A stretch of DNA of 64,000 nt. Origin: Enoplolaimus lenunculus. Lineage: Eukaryota. The position numbers and the translations under genes were made by a program. Position 1 is the stretch's first letter. Each line of letters begins with the position of its first letter. The notes under the pieces are model-generated. The model had not been told where the DNA came from. It worked only from the letters and a program-made list of their open reading frames with translations, and searched no databases. The DNA lies in NCBI GenBank assembly GCA_030248215.1, contig JASANG010002509.1, positions 372,001-436,000 on the forward strand, read 5' to 3'. Shown here piece after piece: positions 55,318-64,000 of the stretch.

Positions 55318-57856
55318 GGCCAATGTTACTCTGAGGGGCGTCCCGTTTTCTCGCGGGACAGCAATATGACAGCACTCTTGCCCACATATTTGTGCTTGAA
55401 CGGAGGGACAGCTTCGAGCCTATGTTTTTGTAGGGTCGGGCGGGATAGCCAAGACAGCTTCCAGCGTGTGTTCTCGTTGGGTTGGCCGGGACCGCCCGGA
55501 CAGCTTCGATCCTATGTTTTGCTGGGTCGGGTGGAAGAACCGGGACAGCTTCGGTCCTATATTTTTCCTGGGTCGGGCGGGAAAGCCTGACAGCTTCGAG
55601 CCTATGTTTTTGCTGGGTCGGGCGGGACAGCAGGGACAGCTTCGAGCGTGTGTTTTCGTTGGGTCGGTCGGGACAACCGAAACAGTTTCGAGCCTGTATT
55701 TTGCTGGGTCGGGTGGGACAGCCGGGACAGCTTCGAGCCTATGCTTTTGCTGGGTTGGGCGGGACAGCAGGGCTAGCTTCGAGCGTGTGTTTTCGTTGGG
55801 TCGGGCGGGACAGCCGGGATAGCTTCGAGCCTATGTTTTTGCTGGGTCGGGTGGGACAGCCAGGACAGCTTCGAGCATGTGTTTTCGCTGGGTCGGTCGG
55901 TACAGTCGGGACAGCTTCGAGCATGTGTTTTCGCTGGGTCGGGCGAGACAGCCCGGAAAGCTTCGACCCTATGTTTTTCCTGGGTCGGGTGGGACAGCCG
56001 GGACAGCTTCGACCCTATGTTTTTGCTGGATCGGGCGTTTGCTGGGTCGGGTGTGACAGCCAGGACACCACATTCTCTTCGCGGCGCGGGACAGTCGCCA
56101 TTGCTTCGAGCATGTGTTTTCGCTGGGTCGGGTGGGACAGCCGGGACAGCTTCGACCCTGTTTTTGCTGGGTCGGGTGTGACAGCTAGGACCGCTTCGAG
56201 CATGTGTTTTCGCTGGGTCGGTCGGTACAGTCGGGACAGCTTCGAGCATGTGTTTTCGCTGGGTCGGGCGAGACAGCCGGAAAAGCTTCGAACCTATGTT
56301 TTTCCTGGGTCGGGTGGGACAGCCGGGACAGCTTCGACCCTATGTTTTTGCTGGATCGGGCGAGACAGCAGGGACAGCTTCGAGCATGTGCTGGGTCGGG
56401 CGAACAGCGGGAAAGCTTCGACCCTATGTTTTCCTGGGTCGGGTGGGACAGCCGGGACAGCTCACCCTATGTTTTTGCGGATCGGACGCGGCGGGGACAG
56501 AAACGGGACAGCTTCGAGCATGTGTTTTCGCTGGGTCGGGCGAGACAGCCGGAAAAGCTTCGAACCTATGTTTTTCCTGGGTCGGGTGGGACAGCCGGGA
56601 CAGCTTCGACCCTATGTTTTTGCTGGATCGGGCGAGACAGCAGGGACAGCTTCGAGCATGTGTTTTCGTTGGGTCGGGCGAGACAGCTTCGAGCCTATGT
56701 TTATGCTGGGTCGGTCGGGTCAGCTTCGAGCGTGTGTTTTCGTTGGGTCGGTCGGGACAGCTTCGAGCCTATGTTTTTGCTGGGTCGGGCGGACAGCCGG
56801 GACAGGTTCAAGCGTGTGTTTTTGTTGGGTCGCTCGGGACACCCGGACAGCTTCGAGCCTATGTTTTTCCAGGGTCGGGTGGGACAGCTTCGAGCATGTG
56901 TTTTCGCTGGGTCGGTCGGGACAGCTTCGAGCCTATGTTTTTCCTGGGTCGGGTGGGACAGCCGGGACAGCTTCGACCCTATGTTTTTGCTGGATCGGGC
57001 GGGACAGCCGGGAAGCTTCGAGCCTATGTTTTTGCTGGGTCGGGCGAGACCGCAGGGACAGCGTCGAGGGTGTGTTTTCGTTGGGTCGGCCGGGACAGCT
57101 TCGAGTACCTGTTTGAAAATGTATTTGAAATACAATAACAGTGTTAATACAACTTCAACATATACGTAAGTTGCCTAATGTGTGTGTGGCGGTTGGAGGG
57201 GCATAACCCCTTTGAGAACACAATAAAAGACAACTTCCTGAAATAAAACCTTCCATCCTCTACATTGACAACTTTTTAGATTACGTTCTCAGGGAGGCGG
57301 CCGCCCCCATGAACCCCCCGCAACATTAAGGGACCTAAGCAGGATGGGGGGCTGGCGCCCCGCAAGCCCCCCGCACTAAGCGGTTCTCGCACTTAAAGCT
57401 ACAAAGACAGTCAAAAAATTTTGTTCAAACAAAGAATTGCTTTGTGTAGGGGTTTGGGGCTCGACAACCCCTGGAAAACGTAATAAAAGAAAATGCTTTG
57501 TGTCAGAGTTCTATACATGGGCCCGGTGCACACTGCCCCGGCTGTCCCAACCGACCCAGCAATAACATAGGTTTGGAGCTGTCCCAGCTGTCCCGACCAA
57601 CTCAGCAAAAATATCGGTTCGAAGCTGTTCCGACCAACCCAGCAAAATTATAAGTTCGAAGCTGTCCCGACCGACCAACAAAAATACGGGCTCGAATCTG
57701 TTCCGACTGACCAAGCAAAAATACGGACTCGAAGCTGTCCCGACCGACCCATAACAAACAGGTTGAAGCTGTCCCGACCAACCCAGCAAAAACATTTCGT
57801 TCCGGGTATATTGCGGTCCGTGGGTAAATGGGACGTCCCTCAGAGTAACATGGGCT
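55318..57856. mobile_element. 2.5-kb foldback element with satellite arms
   Basis: TIR of ~50 bp (atgttactctgaggggcgtccc / gggacgtccctcagagtaacat). The same minisatellite appears in opposite orientation in the two arms. No clear TSD. Confidence 0.85.
55404..57106 (+). repeat. GC-rich minisatellite, ~38-47-nt unit (gggacagcttcgagc-ctatgtttttgc/gtgtgttttcg-tgggtcggg...), roughly 35-40 copies
   Basis: Directly visible tandem array with two alternating unit variants. An inverted, more diverged block lies at ~57535-57795. Confidence 0.95.
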
Positions 57857-58819
57857 TAAATTCACGAGATAACTCGACTGCAAAGGCGTTACCAATGTTT
57901 CAAATGGAAGGGGTTTAACATTACGATTCGACATAAGAGTAAAGTACAACTGTACTTGCCTGAATTTGGCGCACAAGTTTGAACGAGATAACATCGCTCA
58001 CTGACAAATACCCTGAATTACAAAAACCTAAACTTTTAAAAAATGCCAGAAACTAAGATCTCCACTGTTTTGTGAGAGGTAAATCCTGAAACAGGATAAT
58101 TTTATGCAGATGTCCTATTAGCTCAATCGATAAATGCAGTCAGCGTTTCTGCAATCTTTACTGGTGTCCGAAAATATTCCCGAGAATTCATTTTATTTAC
58201 ACACATTTAAAGAAGCATCATGAGGATAAATGCACGAACGAATGTGGAATTAAATGAAGTTCTTAATTCTTCCGGTGTATCAGATGGTTTAACACAGTTA
58301 AATTCAAGGGTTTTAAATGTGATTTAGGGCTATATTCAATAGTTTTCCAAGTAAACTAATCGTTTTCGTCCAGAAAAGAATGAACTCTTTAAATAAAGAC
58401 TGTTTGAAAAATATTCATTGCATTCCATATTACTAAAACTACTAATCAAACACCCCACCCTTTCATTCACAAAAACTAAATTTAGCTAAATGATAACTAG
58501 TAACGGGTACTAGATATCCGGATTTTCCTACCTGGCTATTATCTTTTATTCTTCGGCTATCCAAACATCCAGGACTTAATTCTAACCAAGATGGCAAACA
58601 AGTGCGAACAAGGTGTCAAATTTACAATAATATTGGTCAACCGCATACACAACCACAACGAAACAAAAAAATAGCAATACGTTTCAAACTCACACGTGAA
58701 ACAATAATTGTTATTCAAACAAGTTAACATCGACATACAACATAATAAATCCAACAGCGAGACGCTTCGGTGCTATCATAATGCAAACTGGCAGCATGTA
58801 CAGACGCGCATAATGCAAA

Positions 58820-61800
58820 TTAGTACAGTCCAGTGCTTCTGCTTTCATTCATATATTCGTCAAGTTCACGGTCTAGATCTTCTGCTTTAACTTCAATTTT
58901 TGGCAATCGTCCGCCGCCTCTTCCTCGGCCTCGAAAACTACCACTAACAGAGCTATAAGCACCGCCACCACCGCGCCGACGTGACGATCGGAAGGTTCTA
59001 CCGTTACCACGATTATTTCTATAAATAAATTTTTCAGCCATACAAAAACACTTTGGTTCTCTAATAGATAAGAACAAATAACGCTATTCAGTGTACGACT
59101 TAGACGTCTCAACAGCAACTAAACTTAAAATTCAACTTAATGGGAGCCAGGACTGAAGGTGACATGTACAAGGTTCTAAACTTTATTTTTATTCAATACT
59201 TAAAGTTATAAGATTACAAGAGTTTAATATTACTGAGCACCAAATAAAAACTGAAATTAGACTTCTTACCTTCCGGCTGATGGATTTTGAAATCCACCGC
59301 GTCCTGCATAACCACCATATGTATTTGATCGGCGCCGATTTCTGCGCAATCGCTGACCACCTGCAAATACAAAACGCACATACGTGTAGTTGGTTGCAGC
59401 GAGTAGACCAAAAAATGTGCATTCGACAATTAAATAAAACACATTTCAAACCATCGGAACATCCGCACGCAAATACATGTGCAATACCAAATTTTGGAAG
59501 AAAGTCACCTGGCAATATTCCTAAATTGGTGCAGCACCTATCACAACTTTAGCTATAGGTTTTCACGAGACTAACACCAACTAGTTATAGGTAGGCGATA
59601 CACACATCCGAGAAAAAGTGAAAAAAACTTAGAGGCATTAGTCGTACTTTCGGCGTTTTCAAAAGTATGCTGCGACATTTCACGATAATCATAGTAAGTT
59701 ATAACAACAATCATAGTAAGTTATAGCACCGTTTTGTGGTGGCAACTGTAGCAACTGAGGTGGGAAGTTCGCTGTTGTTTTTGCCAGCAAAAAGTGCGTT
59801 TACCTCCGCCGCGACGATATTCATATTGTCCATTTAATGAGTTGCTGTTGTATCTGCCGGCATTGCGATTTATTCGCCGCTTTATATCAAAATGTTTCGT
59901 CCGTAGACGCGAACCACCAATGCCTCGAAATCCACGAGATCGTCTTGCAAACCCTCCACGCGGACTGACGCTAAGACGACGAGACCACTGACTGCAAAAA
60001 AATATATTTACCTTATGACACCAAAACGTTGATGCGAAAGTAGCAAAGCAGCAATATTTTACTCAACTTAGAACTTCGCAAGATGTTGCTCAAAGTGCTT
60101 AGCTTTGCTTGTTTAAAACGTTACTGTAACAGTTCTCGCAACTACCTGAAAAACATACAATGCTACCTTTCAAATTATGTTTACACTTGTATAGTAAGAT
60201 ACTGGCAACAACGCAGAAGAATGATGCTACTAAGCAGTAGAGATACCCCTGGCCCTAGCACCAGCACGTTATTTGCCGAAGAATATGACTGGCATGAAAA
60301 ACAATCCTATCACACTCGAGTTATTCTATGATGTAGATCGATGAGAAATACAGCTTTGTGATTTTCGTCACCTCATAACGCAATAGACACACATAATGTA
60401 AGATAGCGCACTTCTCAGAAAGACGACCAGCCATGCGAAATCCAGCGCGACCCCTCGACAATCGCGAAATACGGTTGGCAGGAAAACGGGCAGCTGTAAA
60501 TAAATCAGCAACAATAACTTAAAATACTAACACTCTTGAACATATGCTTTTTGTGTATAAATTGAACGCTTTTTGTTAATATAAAAACAATTATGCAACA
60601 TGATGTGTGCAATAGAGATGCCCCGGTGCAAGCCAGTTATTTACCGGTTCCGAACCGGTACATTTTTATAATTTAAACACGATCCTTAATTGACTCGCAT
60701 GAAAGACGATCCTATCACGCTCGGTTCTCGTTCACAAAAATGTGAAAATCACACGTAGCTGAAAACGGATTTAAACCTAATTTGCTTGACTTCCTCAGAA
60801 ATGCATCCCAAATAGTCGACGGATTTATGCCGGAACCGGATATTAGTTTTTGCTGGATATTAAACTGGAAACAGATATCAGTTTTTGTCTGATATTAAAC
60901 CGGAACCAGATATCTGGTCGCACCCTGCTACACAATATATGGTTTGTTCATATTCCCATTGTAAGTTGCCATATACGTATTAAGTATATCATATCTGTTG
61001 TTGATAGTTATCTTTACGTCTTCTAACTAATCCTGTCACCGGGGCAACTCTAGTGTGCAATGAGTAGAGGTTTAATAAGTTAATTTAAATTACAACTACA
61101 ACAATGATAAATGTAAAAGTGATGATATAAAACCATATCGCTTAGCTACACAGCCAGCAACTTCCCGCTACTTGAATTGGTTAAGTTAAGCATATACGTA
61201 AGTTCTATTCATAGAAGCTATTTTATTACGAGTATGATGTAGTCTTGAAAATTCGTTTCTATTAGATATGTGAAAATACAGCAACTAAAAAATTTCTCAC
61301 CAAGACCACCTCCTCTGCCTCTCAAACGTGCTCGACCTCTGACTGATAGACCAATGCGTGCACGCGCGGATAATCTTTGTAAAACTGCTCGAGACCGCTA
61401 AAAGACAATAAAATTTATTCATGGTAAGTAATGCTGGCATTAATTTAATATTAAAATCCATTATAAAATATCGAAAAATTTAAACAAAAACAACCCAAAG
61501 TTTCACTACTTACCTATTGATAACGTTTTGGTTACTTGAATCATACTTTAAATTAAAATCACATTTTATGTTTTACTGATTTTTTAATGTGCCCTTGCAT
61601 TACAATCATTTACGTCACGTTTGAGGCTTTGAGGTCAAATCTAATGTTTTACTCAACGATATCGTTTGGGTAAACGGAATCAAATAATACTTTAAAACCA
61701 ACCACCTACGTATTTTCATTTCATTCCTTAATATACGTACTGCTTTTCCCAAATACGCCGTTACCATCATTTACGACACGTCTGAAGTCACTAACCTTTT

Positions 61801-61937
61801 TCAGCCGTAAAGCGGCTTGTACTGCTGGGCGCCGTTCCATTTGCTGTGTAATCCGCTTATTGCGCAATCGTTGAATACGATCTACGCGCTGCTGTTTCAC
61901 ACGTTGTGCCGTTGCGTTTTGTTTCAATTCAGTGAAG
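58820..61937 (-). CDS. CHTOP: CHTOP/FOP (chromatin target of PRMT1), RGG-rich; first coding exon not found, probably beyond the right edge
   Basis: Exons 61937-61796 (FTELK...RNKRITQQMERRPAVQAALRLKK), 61397-61301, 60493-60412, 59991-59804, 59360-59270, 59018-58820 (KAEDLDRELDEYM, FoP/UAP56-binding-type motif, TAA). Phases are consistent and the middle is RG/RGG-rich. Confidence 0.92.
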
Positions 61938-62693
61938 CTTTAAACAATGCACGCATATATCAGTCACAGCGAATGCTTATTTTTGTGGATTTCAAAAGGC
62001 GCTCGAAAACATCACGCTTTGGTGCGGTCGTAGTGACAGATCTCTATCATTAACATACTGGCAGGTCTAACACTGTGCGGCTACACAACGGTGCCGATTA
62101 AACCCCGTTACCCAATCATATCCCAAAGTTCATGAAAATCGAGTTTACATGAAAAGGGATTTTCGGTTGCCTTGCCTGCCATACGGCCTATGCGGTGTAT
62201 ACATGCCTGTCGCATGTAGGCTACGTACAGCTTAAGGCGTTTCTGACAACCTTGCGGCCATAAAACACATGACACATTGCGCTGCACCGGCGCGTTCAAA
62301 AACGCACACATTCTGCTCTTTGAAAATGGGTAATTTCAAATGGCATTTCTGAAAAGAAAAATGCCGCCTCTGCAAGATTCGGTAGAGCTTCACAGGAGAA
62401 GGATATATGAAATGAGGAAACATCAGCCAGCAAACAAACGTCGACAGAACGAAAAACGAGAGAAAGTCAATTCTGTGTTGACGGGAAACGATCCTGCAAC
62501 AAAACATAACGCAAAAAGAGTATATAAAGAACCATACAATGCATTGCAAACCAGCTATATATTTACTTTAAACCTCGTGCCACTATAAATTTTAATTTTT
62601 TATCGTCATGGTATAACCATTTTTGTACGTTTCGCAAAGCACGTCTTCAGTAATTTTGCGAAAGACAAAGAAAATCAAATAGCAGGGTGAATC

Positions 62694-63640
62694 AAATAGC
62701 AGGGTGCCACGTGGAATTGGTATCAGTATCGTATGTAACAGCAAACTTATACCTGAATCGGGACTACAAACTTTGAGACTATACGGATAACTTTATTTAC
62801 AAGTATAATATTGATTCAGAATGTCTGTTGGCTGGCAACAATTTTAAAAACGTCGCATCAACCAACATAATGAAGGCGATTTTTTGTACTGAAAAGCTAA
62901 ATTACAAGTTTAAAATTAAAATTGTCAAAATTTCGATTCCGCTTGATTGTGCGGTCGGCATCGGAATTCCGGTTGCACCCAGGGTGCGACCGGATATTAA
63001 TTTACCAGATCAAAATGTTAAAGAAGCTCACTTGTAAAAAGCAGTTCTATGACATTCGGCACCACCGTAAATATCCAGGATCTGATAGGTTTATACTAGG
63101 GAACGACCGGATCCAAAATTTTGTATTTACCGGATGCGAATCCGGATCTTAAAATTTAGATCCGGCCCGGATCCGGATCTTACTAGCTGGATAATTTTTC
63201 AATACCTAACGTATATAAAATAGAAAAAGTTCAACTGATTCTTTCGCAAAATTAGTCAACAAAACTTACAGCCACTAAAAACAAGAAGTCTTTAAAATTT
63301 TTATGTTTGTTCTTCTTCCGCAACAACAGTGGTCTCCACGTGGATGTCATTAACCAGACATTCCAACAAAACATTAATGCTCACACAGTGCTTATTAGAT
63401 TACGTACGATAGTTGAAATACATACACCAATTTTGGTATGTTTTTATTTGTATATCAAATTTCGGATCCGGAGATCCAGTAGTTTATTTCACCGGATCCG
63501 GATCTTAAAAATTGCAGAGATCCGTCCCGGATCCGGACCTTGGATCCGGTCGATCCCTAGTTTATACCGACCGGAACCTGACACGGATACCAGTTTTTTA
63601 CCGGATAGTAAACCGGAACCGGACATCCGGTGGCACCCTG
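62694..63640. mobile_element. Cluster of abutting and nested hAT-like MITEs
   Basis: CAGGGTG..CACCC(TG) elements at ~62700-62980 and ~62980-63640. A nested TAGGG..CCCTA element at 63097-63559 has perfect TSD GTTTATAC. Confidence 0.82.
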
Positions 63641-64000
63641 GCTGCACACTGCCAAATAGGTACCCATAAGCTGCATGTACCGGTGCACGGCACGCCATGG
63701 AAACTATATATCTTTACTGCCTATAGTTTATTTGGTAGGCAATGCAATACGCAGAACATTTGCTTTAGCTTTAAACACATGGTCAGGGTGAGTATTTGCC
63801 GCAGCTGCCCACCCCATGACATGCATAAGATTTTTCTTACCTAGAACATAATTTTCATAGCAAGCCAATGATCAGTCAAAGGAATAGCTTTAGCTGTCTC
63901 TGGAAAATATACGTATTTACTTATATTCAATTTCAAATTCTTTTAACCGGTGCATTAAAAATAGCTTTTAACAACGTTTTCGTTTTACATAAATCATATT

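Noticed and set aside
55466..57169. Several long overlapping ORFs (up to 544 aa)
   Set aside because: They arise from a stop-free minisatellite, are open in multiple frames and show no domain signature.
61950..62055. C/D snoRNA-like boxes in the CHTOP intron (and a C-box-like GATGATGA near 53235 in KRR1)
   Set aside because: Imperfect C box or missing D box, weak terminal stem and no identifiable rRNA guide.

Overview
AT-rich, intron-rich animal genomic DNA, most likely from a basal (Dorylaimia/Enoplia-type) nematode. This is inferred from TTAGGC-type repeats, a cuticlin-like ZP gene, a short SPD-1-like PRC1 and vertebrate-like intron positions. Six spliced genes were assembled by hand from GT-AG sites and protein homology recalled from memory: an SLC7 cationic amino-acid transporter (5' part, minus), PRC1/SPD-1 (minus), Rheb (plus), a ~1817-aa mucin-ZP-TM cuticlin-like protein (plus), KRR1 (minus) and CHTOP (3' part, minus). 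Introns and intergenic DNA are packed with non-autonomous DNA transposons: hAT-like, Merlin-like, EnSpm-like, Harbinger-like and piggyBac-like. There are also two non-LTR retrotransposon fragments and tRNA-derived SINE-like heads. The most notable observations are four. (1) An in-frame TAA sits at a conserved Tyr position in a PRC1 exon. (2) A GG..CC/8-bp-TSD element family ranges from 100-bp MITEs carrying telomere-like repeats to a 2.5-kb satellite-armed foldback in the KRR1 leader. (3) CHTOP and KRR1 may form an operon. (4) CHTOP has a candidate poison exon. There are no prokaryotic features or CRISPR arrays, and most short ORFs in the supplied track are spurious.
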